Shown here one piece after another: positions 1 through 7,766 of a stretch of DNA of 32,000 nt. The stretch covers positions 60,001 through 92,000 of the forward strand of contig JALHOH010000002.1 in NCBI GenBank assembly GCA_022843095.1, read 5' to 3'. The notes under the pieces were generated by a model that was not told the DNA's origin, ran no database searches, and saw only the letters and a list, made by a program, of their open reading frames with translations. Source of the DNA: Candidatus Saccharimonadota bacterium (GTDB lineage Bacteria; Patescibacteriota; Patescibacteriia; 2-12-FULL-60-25). The number at the start of each line of letters is the position of its first letter. Within the stretch, counting starts at the first letter, position 1. Both the position numbers and the translations under genes were made by a program.

Positions 1-1262
1 TCGATGGCTTCATTCGTCTTTCCTGTTTGCGTGTCTTGTAAGGTCCAGGTCAGGTGGTTGGCCATCATCCCTTGGTTCATGGCGCCCATCGTGTCTTCCC
101 ACTCCACGCCGTCTGTGTTTGCGTCACCCATATTCATGGAAGGCATGGCATGGCCACCGTGCATCATGGGTCCAGAAGGCATTTCCAGACCGATGGTGAG
201 TGTTTTTTGCGGCGGGAGCGCGAGTGCCTCCTTGAACGGTTCGATGGAGGCCGTGACGGCTGGATAGGTGCGAAGCGTCGAGGTGGTTCCGGTGGCTGGA
301 TTGGAAGGAGGGGCGATGCGGATCGTGGCAAGATCCGTCCGGCTTCCCGTGGGAGGCGCATGTTGGATGACGAGGATCCCGGGCTGCGCAGGGAGCGTGA
401 TTTCTACGATCGCGCGTTCCGACGGGGAGAGATCCAGTGTTTCCAAGATGGACTCTTGGATCGCAGGGCCCTGATCGCTTCCGATGCGTTTCATGGTGAG
501 GCCAGGAATGGTGATGCGAAGCGGGCGCGCATTCGCGGCGTTCAAGAGGAAGAGTCGCAGGGTTTCTCCGGCACGTCCCTCGATGGGGAAATTGGGGGTT
601 CCATTTGTGAGGAGAAGGTTGCCATATCGGCCCATCAACGTGTGTGAAACCGTGTCTTTTGGAAACGGAACGAGCCGACCGTTTTGTACCAGAAGATCAT
701 GGAATGCGAGCGGAATTTCTTGACCCACTCGGTTCCAAGAATCACCGGTCGTGGGTTCGACGATGAAAAAACCGAATGCCCCGTGGTGCAATTGTTTTGC
801 CGCGTTCAGATGGGGGTGGTACCAAAACACCCCGGCGTCTGGAAACGTCATTTCATGCGTGAACGATTCCCCAGGCTGAATCGGTTCCTGAGTGATGCCC
901 GGAACGCCGTCCGCTTGCATGGAAGCGCGTACGCCATGCGGATGCAGCGTGGTGGGTTCCGCGAGGCCATTCTCGACCACGACCGAAAGGCGTGATCCTT
1001 GTTTGACGCGGATCACGGGGCCGGGGATGGATCCATTGTAGCCAACTAATTCCATCGGCAGATCCGCGATGGTGGTGGTGATCGTTTGAAGTCGCAACGC
1101 ATAGCGATCTCCATCGGCCAAAGTGATGGTTTGCGTTGGCGCACGTCCGACCGGTGCCTGATGTGCAGGTGTATTTGCATCACGGATAAACAAGAACGCC
1201 GAGAAGGAGAGGACGGCGAAAAAAAGGATGGCTCCGACGGCGAGAGGGAGAGGCTTCTTCAT
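1..1262 (-). CDS. multicopper oxidase (CueO/CopA-like); C-terminal part runs off the left window edge
   Basis: Absent from the ORF track because it is open to the edge. Manual minus-strand translation from ATG (1262-1260) is stop-free to position 1. The N-terminus MKKPLPLAVGAILFFAVLSFSAFLF looks like a signal or TM segment. Copper-ligand motifs are HPHG (933-944) and WYHPH (810-824), plus a Met/His-rich stretch MMHGGHAMPSMNM (129-167). The start lies 1 nt after the csoR stop. Confidence 0.85.
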   Translation of the reverse strand, partial: MKKPLPLAVGAILFFAVLSFSAFLFIRDANTPAHQAPVGRAPTQTITLADGDRYALRLQTITTTIADLPMELVGYNGSIPGPVIRVKQGSRLSVVVENGLAEPTTLHPHGVRASMQADGVPGITQEPIQPGESFTHEMTFPDAGVFWYHPHLNAAKQLHHGAFGFFIVEPTTGDSWNRVGQEIPLAFHDLLVQNGRLVPFPKDTVSHTLMGRYGNLLLTNGTPNFPIEGRAGETLRLFLLNAANARPLRITIPGLTMKRIGSDQGPAIQESILETLDLSPSERAIVEITLPAQPGILVIQHAPPTGSRTDLATIRIAPPSNPATGTTSTLRTYPAVTASIEPFKEALALPPQKTLTIGLEMPSGPMMHGGHAMPSMNMGDANTDGVEWEDTMGAMNQGMMANHLTWTLQDTQTGKTNEAI

Positions 1263-1263
1263 A

Positions 1264-1524
1264 TTATTTTCGCTTGAGTTGGTAGACCTGAAGAATTTCT
1301 TGAACAGCCTTTTCTTCGTTCCCTTCTCGGATTTGTTGAATCGCGCAATGCGAAAGATGTTGCGCGAGTAGCAGATCTTCGATGGAGGTGAGCGCCTGTT
1401 TGATGGCGGAGGATTGTGTAATGACGTCGATGCAATAGGCATGGTCCGCGATCATTTCGCGCAGACCGCGCACCTGGCCTTCGATGATTTTTAATCGACG
1501 TTCAAGAGAGGCGGGGTGTTTCAT
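1264..1524 (-). CDS. csoR: CsoR/RcnR-family metal-sensing transcriptional repressor (copper-sensing type)
   Basis: Part of ORF 1264..1560. The sequence MKHPASLERRLKIIEGQVRGLREMI...AYCIDV...HLSHC matches the CsoR family, including the Cys-His-Cys ligand pattern. I prefer the ATG at 1524-1522 because the upstream extension would encode the operator palindrome (YPPGGI). Confidence 0.8.
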   Translation of the reverse strand: MKHPASLERRLKIIEGQVRGLREMIADHAYCIDVITQSSAIKQALTSIEDLLLAQHLSHCAIQQIREGNEEKAVQEILQVYQLKRK

Positions 1525-1531
1525 GGAGAAG

Positions 1532-1560
1532 AATATACCCCCAGGGGGGTATCGTGGCAA
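1532..1560 (-). promoter_or_regulatory. sigma70-like promoter with CsoR-type operator palindrome in the spacer
   Basis: On the minus strand the arrangement is TTGCCA (1560-1555), a 17-nt spacer, then TATATT (1537-1532). The inverted repeat ATACCCCC-AG-GGGGGTAT (1535-1552) fills the spacer and overlaps the -10 element. Only 7 nt separate the -10 from the csoR ATG, so the mRNA is leaderless or nearly so. Confidence 0.6.
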
Positions 1561-1567
1561 GCACGAG

Positions 1568-1593
1568 AAACCCCCACCGGATTGGTGGGGTTT
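1568..1593 (-). terminator. hairpin downstream of the porin-like gene (possible intrinsic terminator)
   Basis: The hairpin is aaacccccacc-ggatt-ggtggggttt, a GC-rich stem with one bulge. It starts 4 nt after the porin stop codon. The T-tract on the minus strand is weak. Confidence 0.4.
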
Positions 1594-1596
1594 GTG

Positions 1597-2775
1597 TTAG
1601 AGCCAGGCCGTGACGCCGAGTGTGACCGTCTGTTGCGTCGCGGCATTTGGGAGAAAGGGGCGCAGCGCCGAGCCATCGCCGGCCACGGTTCCGGCAAAGA
1701 AGAGCGGTCCTCCCGCGGCATCGTACCGGTATTCCAGGCGTACGGAGGCGTTTGGATGCGGTCGGACATCCACAGTCGCCGTTGCCGAGGCAAGCCATGG
1801 CACAGGCCATGAAATGGGGGACGCGCCCGTCGGCACCTGTTCGTAGAAGGCATCCGCACGGGCGCCCAGATACAGCCACGACGTGGGTTGAACCCGGGCA
1901 TAGAGCGCGCCTGCCATCCAACCAGCGATGCCGAACGTATTCGGTTCGAGGCCGCCATTTGCCCAGGCCTGAAGCGAGATCCATGGACGTGGATGCCAGG
2001 TGATATACGTGTCCCAGGTGTGTCGCCACGGCTGTCCTTCTGGGGCGCCTGTCGTCCGTTCGATCCCGGTGAAGTAGATGAAACTCCAGGTGAATCGATC
2101 CGGCACGGCATAGGTTGCCTGCAGATGGAAGGACTTTCCGAGATTGTTATCGAGGAGGTTGTTCCATCCGTTCCAGATCCCCGCCGTGAGGCTCCAGCGT
2201 TCCGTGAGTTGATACGTCGCCCGTCCGCCGAGATGGTAGAAGGGGAGTCCTACAAACAGGTTGGAGCGCGACCAGTTCCAGTTGTCTTTGATCGCCATTC
2301 CTTCCGGTCCAAGTGGGGACAGGAAGAGCCCGATTTCGATCGCGAGAGGCTGGTTCCCCCGGATTGGCGGACGGAACGTGAGGAACGCCTGCTGAACGTA
2401 CTTCCAAACCTGGAAGGAGAGAGCGCCCGTTCCCGCCGTTCCCGCGCCAAGCGGTTCGGAGAGGTAGTACGTCTCCGGGGTCGTTCCGATTTGAAGCGCA
2501 ATCCTACCGCCGAGAATGCGATCTCGGTGCTCCGCCGTAAGATCCACCACCGCGTTCGAAAGCATGAACGTCATCGCACGATTATCGTATCCGCGATAGT
2601 GCGTGAAGTTGTTGCTGGGCAGGTTCGTGTTTACCTGGAAAAACGCTTCCAAATACCCATGCGCTTCGGTGCGGATGAGGGGAGGGGGCGTGGGGGTTTG
2701 AGCGCGCAGCGTTCGAGGGATCGTAAGGATTCCCAGGAAAAGTACGAGTTTGATGAGTGTCTGTGCGTGTTCCAT
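1597..2775 (-). CDS. outer-membrane beta-barrel porin-like protein (OmpL-like/bbp2-type, tentative)
   Basis: Part of ORF 1597..2907. I prefer the start at MEHAQTLIKLVLFLGILTIPRTLRA|QT, which reads as a signal peptide. The mature part has alternating aromatic/Gly-rich beta-strand-like segments (GIWNGWNNLLDNN, YRYDAAGG) and ends ...LGVTAWL. Confidence 0.55.
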   Translation of the reverse strand: MEHAQTLIKLVLFLGILTIPRTLRAQTPTPPPLIRTEAHGYLEAFFQVNTNLPSNNFTHYRGYDNRAMTFMLSNAVVDLTAEHRDRILGGRIALQIGTTPETYYLSEPLGAGTAGTGALSFQVWKYVQQAFLTFRPPIRGNQPLAIEIGLFLSPLGPEGMAIKDNWNWSRSNLFVGLPFYHLGGRATYQLTERWSLTAGIWNGWNNLLDNNLGKSFHLQATYAVPDRFTWSFIYFTGIERTTGAPEGQPWRHTWDTYITWHPRPWISLQAWANGGLEPNTFGIAGWMAGALYARVQPTSWLYLGARADAFYEQVPTGASPISWPVPWLASATATVDVRPHPNASVRLEYRYDAAGGPLFFAGTVAGDGSALRPFLPNAATQQTVTLGVTAWL

Positions 2776-2846
2776 CCACCGGTCCTTTCGAAAAAACCGC
2801 GGGGGAAGTTCACCCCACACGGTTTGGTTCGTCAATGCGAGACGAG

Positions 2847-2881
2847 GAAAAACAAGAAACCCACCTTTCGGTGGGTTCTTT
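2847..2881 (-). terminator. intrinsic terminator (minus strand) following the duplicated tRNA-Lys 3' fragment
   Basis: The stem is aagaaacccacc/ggtgggttctt with loop tttc. On the minus strand it is followed by TTGTTTTT (the reverse complement of the A-run at 2847-2851). Confidence 0.55.
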
Positions 2882-2882
2882 G

Positions 2883-2903
2883 TTGGTGGGACCGGCGGGG
2901 ATT
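2883..2903 (-). repeat. 21-nt direct repeat identical to the 3' end of tRNA-Lys (att-like scar)
   Basis: The sequence ttggtgggaccggcggggatt at 2883-2903 is identical to 3041-3061, which covers the T-arm 3' half, the acceptor 3' strand, CCA and 1 further nt of tRNA-Lys. The flanks diverge immediately. Confidence 0.8.
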
Positions 2904-3012
2904 TCACGCGCGAATGTATTCGCTTTGGGAAACCGGCGGTTTCCCAGCCTTCCGCAAAGCGAAAACCTCCCGGTTTCCGTCCCTTCCTCTGGGGTTCAAT
3001 CCCCGGGATACG

Positions 3013-3037
3013 AAAAGCTCACCGCGAGGTGAGCTTT
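3013..3037 (-). terminator. hairpin/terminator immediately downstream of tRNA-Lys
   Basis: The hairpin is aaaa-gctcacc-gcga-ggtgagc-ttt, a 7-bp GC-rich stem. On the minus strand it is followed by TTTT. Confidence 0.5.
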
Positions 3038-3041
3038 CCTT

Positions 3042-3117
3042 TGGTGGGACCGGCGGGGATTGAACCCGCGACCGTTGGCTTAAAAGGCCACTGCTCTACC
3101 AACTGAGCTACAGTCCC
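3042..3117 (-). tRNA. tRNA-Lys (anticodon UUU), CCA encoded
   Basis: Manual cloverleaf on the minus strand: acceptor gggactg/cggtccc (one G-U pair), D-arm gctc-agttggta-gagc, anticodon arm gtggc-CTTTTAA-gccaa, variable cggtc, T-arm gcggg-ttcaatc-cccgc, discriminator A, then CCA. Confidence 0.9.
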
Positions 3118-3264
3118 GACGAGTGAGGGCACGGGAGTACTTGTACTCACGATGCCGAGCGAGGAGAGGGCTGCATGACGCGGAACGCAGCATACAGTCC
3201 CGTCCTTCCTCTCTTCTTCGTTTTTGCGGTAAGATCATAGACGATCTCTTCCGCGAAATCAAGC

Positions 3265-4380
3265 ATGCGTATCTTCCTCCTGGGGGCAAAGGGGATTCCG
3301 TCCTGGTCCGTGTCCGGGAGCGGGGGTGTTGAGCGTCATGTCGAGGAATTAGCCTCGCGGCTGGCAGCAAAGGGGCATCAGGTGTTTGTGTATGTCCGTG
3401 CGCATGGAACAGATCCGGCCGTGAAGACGTGGAAGGGTGTGCATCTCATTCGTTTGCCCACGGTGCACCGAAAAACCCTCGCCACCATCATGCATGTGCT
3501 GTTTGCGACGTGGCATGTCCTGTTTCAGCGTGCAGACGTCATTCATTACCACGGTGTTGGACCGGCGACCCTCGCATGGATCCCACGGTTGTTGAAATGG
3601 CGGAGTCGAGTGGTGGTGACGTTTCATAATCGTGATCAATTTGATCCGAAGTGGCGTGGATTTGGAAAATGGTATCTGGCGTTTGGTGAATGGGCAGCGG
3701 TGCGGTTTCCGCACGAAACGATCGTGGTGTCGCATGTGTTGCAGGTTTTCTGTCGCAAATTGTTTCATGCAGAAACGTGGTACATCCCGAATGGGGCGAC
3801 CATCCCCACGCGCAAACCGGGAACAGATCATCTCAAGCGTTTAGGACTTGTACCTGGAGGGTATCTGCTTTCACTTGGTCGGCTTGTGGAGCGCAAGGCG
3901 TATGACGTGGCCATTGAGGCGGTTCGCAAATTAGAGGCGCCGATGCCGTATGTGATCGCCGGGGATGCGGAGTTTGCGGATCCATATGTCGAAAAACTTC
4001 AGCGACTCGCCACGAAACACGAAATTATTCGATTGGTTGGCTATCAACATGGCGCGGCCTTGGAACAACTATTGGCGCATTGTTACGCCTTCATCCACCC
4101 CGCCCGGGCCGAAGGGTTACCGGTAGCCATTTTGGAGGCGATGGCGCATGGCAAAGTGGTGGTCATGTCTGATATCCCGGAAAACCGGCAGGTGGTTGAC
4201 CACAGTGGAATTACGTTCCCGGTGGATAACGTCCGGCGGTTACGTGAAACCTTAGATTGGTTGCTTGCTGACCCTGCGATGGTAGCCGCGCGAGGACATC
4301 GTGCGCGCGAGGTGGTGCATCGGTTATATTCCTGGGACGTCATTGTCGAACAGACGCTTCTCGCGTATCGTAGTGCCTAG
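3265..4380 (+). CDS. glycosyltransferase family 4 (GT-B, Glycos_transf_1 type)
   Basis: The N-terminus is MRIFLLGAKGIPS..GGVERHVEELASRLAAKGHQV. The C-terminus has the retaining GT-B signature ...HPARAEGLPVAILEAMAHGKVVVMSDIPENRQVV. Confidence 0.8.
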   Translation: MRIFLLGAKGIPSWSVSGSGGVERHVEELASRLAAKGHQVFVYVRAHGTDPAVKTWKGVHLIRLPTVHRKTLATIMHVLFATWHVLFQRADVIHYHGVGPATLAWIPRLLKWRSRVVVTFHNRDQFDPKWRGFGKWYLAFGEWAAVRFPHETIVVSHVLQVFCRKLFHAETWYIPNGATIPTRKPGTDHLKRLGLVPGGYLLSLGRLVERKAYDVAIEAVRKLEAPMPYVIAGDAEFADPYVEKLQRLATKHEIIRLVGYQHGAALEQLLAHCYAFIHPARAEGLPVAILEAMAHGKVVVMSDIPENRQVVDHSGITFPVDNVRRLRETLDWLLADPAMVAARGHRAREVVHRLYSWDVIVEQTLLAYRSA

Positions 4381-4388
4381 AAATACGT

Positions 4389-4961
4389 ATGTTTTCTTCT
4401 GACCTCGCGGCGGACATTTTGGAGCGAATGCATGCACTGGATGCGTCCCGTCGGGCGTTACAGCCCCTTGCGTCGCAGATCTTATCGGGCAGTAAGCGCG
4501 TGATCTTTGCTTGGCAGCGCGATGATGCCGAAGAGGCGGAGTCACAGCTCGAAACGGTGCGCGGGTTTGTGGATCAGGGGGTCGACATGGTGCATGCCGA
4601 GCCACGCCTTGCCGCGGAAGGATCTTGGCGTGCTGCGCTGGAAGAATATGCCGAAGCGGAATTATTTTCGCAGTACTTGCTGACAAACACGATCGCCGTT
4701 CCGGATCGGATTCACGAAGAGCCGGAACTATTTTTAGGTGCGCTTTCGGATGTGTGTGGAGAATTGGTGCGTCGCGCTCAGTTGCTTGCCGCCTCGGGAA
4801 AAACCGAGGACTTAGAGCGGATGTGGGTGGATGTCGAGCAGGCGGTCGCCCTGTTGTTGGACCTCGATTTAACCGGGGGGTTGCGCAGTAAAGTGGATCA
4901 AGCACGCAGTCATCTGCGCCGTTTAGAAGAAATCCGCTATGACCTCGCCATCCGCCGCTAA
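4389..4961 (+). CDS. translin-family protein (bacterial translin-like)
   Basis: The C-terminal half, ELFLGALSDVCGELVRRA...LRSKVDQARSHLRRLEEIRYDLAIRR, parallels human translin DYLSGVLILASELSRL...LRKRYDGLKYDVKKVEEVVYDLSIRG. Confidence 0.65.
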   Translation: MFSSDLAADILERMHALDASRRALQPLASQILSGSKRVIFAWQRDDAEEAESQLETVRGFVDQGVDMVHAEPRLAAEGSWRAALEEYAEAELFSQYLLTNTIAVPDRIHEEPELFLGALSDVCGELVRRAQLLAASGKTEDLERMWVDVEQAVALLLDLDLTGGLRSKVDQARSHLRRLEEIRYDLAIRR

Positions 4962-5622
4962 CCCAAGCCATGTCGCTGCCATTGTCGCGGCCTACAATGA
5001 AGAGCCGACCATTGGTGGTGTGGTTCAGGCGCTCGTCTCGTCCGGGGTGTTTCGTGAGGTGATCGTCGTAAGCGATGGATCAACGGATCGAACGGCGGAG
5101 CTTGCGCGTGCCGCGGGTGCGACGCTTGTCCATCAGCTGCCGTGGAAACATGGGAAGGGTGCGGCCATGCAGCATGGGGTGACGCATACCGATGCCCCGA
5201 TCCTCTTTTTTTGCGACGCCGATTTGTTTGGTCTTCGAAAAGAGCACCTAGTTTCATTGGTCGAACCGGTGCGTTCGGGGGAACTTGCGATGTGCGTCGG
5301 ACTCCGCGATCGCGGCCGTTTTGTGATGCGTCTTACGCGTTTTTTGCCACTCATCGGCGGCGAACGGGCGGTGCAACGTCAGATTTTTGAACGCATCCCC
5401 GAACACTATCTCCAAGGATTCATGGTGGAGATTGCCATGAACGCCTACTGTAAATCGCATCGTCTCAGGGTTGGAACGCGCGAATGTCCAGGTCTCCACA
5501 TCCGTCGCAAGATGCAAAAAGTCGGATGGTGGAAAGGGCTGAAAGAATATATTCGCATGTGGCGCGCCGTTTTGAAGGCGATGTGGATCACGCGACTCGC
5601 TCGATTAAAAGGGGAGCTTTAG
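4939..5622 (+). CDS. glycosyltransferase family 2
   Basis: GT2 signatures are VAAIVAAYNEEPTIGGVV...VIVVSDGSTDRT...GKGAAM...FFCDADL (DxD-type). The ORF overlaps the preceding gene by 23 nt. Confidence 0.8.
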   Translation: MTSPSAANPSHVAAIVAAYNEEPTIGGVVQALVSSGVFREVIVVSDGSTDRTAELARAAGATLVHQLPWKHGKGAAMQHGVTHTDAPILFFCDADLFGLRKEHLVSLVEPVRSGELAMCVGLRDRGRFVMRLTRFLPLIGGERAVQRQIFERIPEHYLQGFMVEIAMNAYCKSHRLRVGTRECPGLHIRRKMQKVGWWKGLKEYIRMWRAVLKAMWITRLARLKGEL

Positions 5623-5675
5623 GGGTCTAAACCCTTCTCAATCCTCCCGGTTCCGCGTAGCATGAGGCAGAACCT

Positions 5676-6995
5676 ATGCGCGTGTTGATTTTGGGGCTTG
5701 GACAGTATCCAAAAGGGAGCGGGGTGGCGGCAGCCCTGTTTTTTGCGCGTCGTGGAGATGCGGTTACGGTATACGATTTTTATTACACGCAGGCGATGGA
5801 TAAAAACATCGCTACGTTGAAGAAATTCAAGAACGTTCGCTTTGTGATGGGTGAACACCGGCTGCACGAAATCGCGGAAGCTGAACTTATCGTCAAGCAC
5901 CAGCGCTTGCGCGAAACGGAGCCGGAGGTGGTGGAAGCGCGTCGTTTAAAGAAAACGATGGAAACGGAGCTTTCTCTTATTTTGAAATGGGCGCCGTGTC
6001 CGGTTATTGGGGTGACGGGGACGCGAGGCAAAAGTACGACTACGGCGCTGCTGCACGCGATGCTTGTTCGCGGTACGACGACAAAGGTGTGGCTTGGCGG
6101 GAATATTTTGGTGTCCCCGCTGACGTATCTGCATCGCATCAAAAAAACGCATCTCATGGTACTTGAGCTCTCCAGTTTTCAGTTGGAGGGTCTTGCGGAT
6201 GCGAAGGTGTCTCCGCAGGTCGCCGTTTGGACGAATTTGTTGCGGGATCATTTGAACGCCTATCCTTCGATGAAGGAGTATGGATTGGCGAAGGCACAGA
6301 TTTTTTTGCATCAGCGTCCGGAAGATCGTGTCTTTTTGCCGGCAGATACGGCGTTTGACGTGTGGGCGAAACGGGCGAAGGGCCACGTGTATCGCTTTGC
6401 GAAGGCGAAAAGTCCGGAGGTTGCGCTGGTACGGGCGACAAGACTGAAGCTGCTGGGCGAGCACAATCGGCGGAATGCGGAGATTGCAACCGCCGTTGCG
6501 CTTGCGCTTGGGGTTAAACAGTCCGCGATTGTTCACGCGCTGAAGACGTTCCCGGGGTTACCCAGTCGTTTGGAGGTGCTTGGAACGATGCGGGGGATCA
6601 CGGTGATCAACGACACAGCAGCTACGACACCGGATGCAACGCAGGCGGCGCTTGCGGCGGTTCAGGGGAAAACGGGGGTCACGCATTTGATTTTTGGAGG
6701 CGCGGACAAAGAACTTGCCTTTGAAGAGGTGGCAAAACGGTTACGAACCAAGCGTATCCGCGTAATCTTGCTACCGGGAACGGCGCAGGAAAAAATCCTG
6801 AACGCCTTTGCAAAGGTCGGCGTGACCTACACATTGGTTGCTTCCATGCGAGAGGCGGTGGATGCGGCATTCCGTGAGGCGAAGCGGGGCGATTGTGTGT
6901 TGTTGTCGCCCGGTTGTGCCAGCTTTGGCCTGTTTAAGAACGAATACGATCGCGGGGCGAAATTTAAAGCCGCCATCAAGCGCCTAGCGCGGTAA
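5676..6995 (+). CDS. murD: UDP-N-acetylmuramoyl-L-alanine--D-glutamate ligase
   Basis: There is an N-terminal Rossmann-like segment VLILGLG...GSGVAAALFFARRGDAVTVYD, the Mur-ligase P-loop GVTGTRGKSTTTALL, and the C-terminal MurD-like LLSPGCASFGLFKNEYDRGAKF. Confidence 0.8.
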   Translation: MRVLILGLGQYPKGSGVAAALFFARRGDAVTVYDFYYTQAMDKNIATLKKFKNVRFVMGEHRLHEIAEAELIVKHQRLRETEPEVVEARRLKKTMETELSLILKWAPCPVIGVTGTRGKSTTTALLHAMLVRGTTTKVWLGGNILVSPLTYLHRIKKTHLMVLELSSFQLEGLADAKVSPQVAVWTNLLRDHLNAYPSMKEYGLAKAQIFLHQRPEDRVFLPADTAFDVWAKRAKGHVYRFAKAKSPEVALVRATRLKLLGEHNRRNAEIATAVALALGVKQSAIVHALKTFPGLPSRLEVLGTMRGITVINDTAATTPDATQAALAAVQGKTGVTHLIFGGADKELAFEEVAKRLRTKRIRVILLPGTAQEKILNAFAKVGVTYTLVASMREAVDAAFREAKRGDCVLLSPGCASFGLFKNEYDRGAKFKAAIKRLAR

Positions 6996-7759
6996 TGCGC
7001 GGTATGATTCCGGAAGTGTTTGGGATCCCCATTGAAGGCGGGGATTGGAGCGAAATCGAGCGCGAGAGAGAGGCGATGCAGAATCGTCCGTATTGGATTG
7101 TGACGGCAAATCCGGAAATTCTTTTGGAGGCGCGACGGGATGCGACCTATGCGGAAACGGTGCGGCAGGCGGATTATCGCACCGTAGATGGTGTGGGATT
7201 GTGGGCGGTGTTGCGCGTACGGGGGTATCGCACGACTCGATACACCGGTATGGCATTTGCCGAGCGGTTGATGGAACAGGCGGCGACGCGAGGGGAGCGT
7301 GTGGGGATGATGGGTGGATCGTTCGGGGTTGCGGATCGTGCCGCGACGGCAATGCGCACGCGTTATCCCTCCCTCGTGGTGCATGCGGAGGCCGGCGGTC
7401 GCGTAGACCGCGATGGATCCGATGATCTGGCCGGTGAAGAGGCGCGGCATCGTCTTGGATTATTCGCGCCCGATGTGTTGCTGGTTGCATTTGGTCATCC
7501 CAAGCAAGAGCGTTGGATCCAGCGGTATCTGCATGAATTCCCCTCTGTAAAGGTCGTGGTTGGAGTCGGTGGAACGTTGGATGTGTGGGCGGGTGCCATT
7601 TCTCGCGCTCCACGGTGGATGCAACGGGTTGGGATTGAGTGGGTGTGGCGATTGATCCAAGAGCCACGACGCATCGGCAGAATCTGGCGCGCGGTTGTTG
7701 TGTTTCCGCTACGGGCGCTGTTTTCGGACAAAAAAATCCCCTCCAAGACGAGGGGATGA
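6995..7759 (+). CDS. WecG/TagA/CpsF-family glycosyltransferase (GT26)
   Basis: GT26 signatures are YWIVTANPEILLEA...DGVGLWAV...VAFGHPKQERWI...VGVGGTLDVWAG..RAPRWMQRVGIEWVWRLIQEPRR. The start overlaps the murD stop (TAATG). Confidence 0.8.
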   Translation: MRGMIPEVFGIPIEGGDWSEIEREREAMQNRPYWIVTANPEILLEARRDATYAETVRQADYRTVDGVGLWAVLRVRGYRTTRYTGMAFAERLMEQAATRGERVGMMGGSFGVADRAATAMRTRYPSLVVHAEAGGRVDRDGSDDLAGEEARHRLGLFAPDVLLVAFGHPKQERWIQRYLHEFPSVKVVVGVGGTLDVWAGAISRAPRWMQRVGIEWVWRLIQEPRRIGRIWRAVVVFPLRALFSDKKIPSKTRG

Positions 7760-7766
7760 AGGCGGA

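Noticed and set aside
54-2111. Numerous ORF-track entries on both strands across 4-2111 (for example 54..647, 684..995, 1502..2029, 1521..2111).
   Set aside because: They are explained by the edge-open multicopper oxidase frame (minus strand), csoR and the porin gene. Their translations are Arg/Gly/Pro-rich nonsense.
2991-3004. The T-arm-like ggggttcaatcccc on the plus strand within the 137-bp spacer, a possible second tRNA or pseudogene.
   Set aside because: I cannot fold a 5-bp T-stem or any acceptor or anticodon arm around it. At most it is a tRNA fragment, and it is mentioned only as part of the scar.
1888-3063. A 391-aa plus-strand ORF antisense to the porin gene that runs through the tRNA-Lys region.
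   Set aside because: It crosses two terminators and a tRNA gene, and the opposite-strand porin has a signal peptide and a barrel-like sequence.
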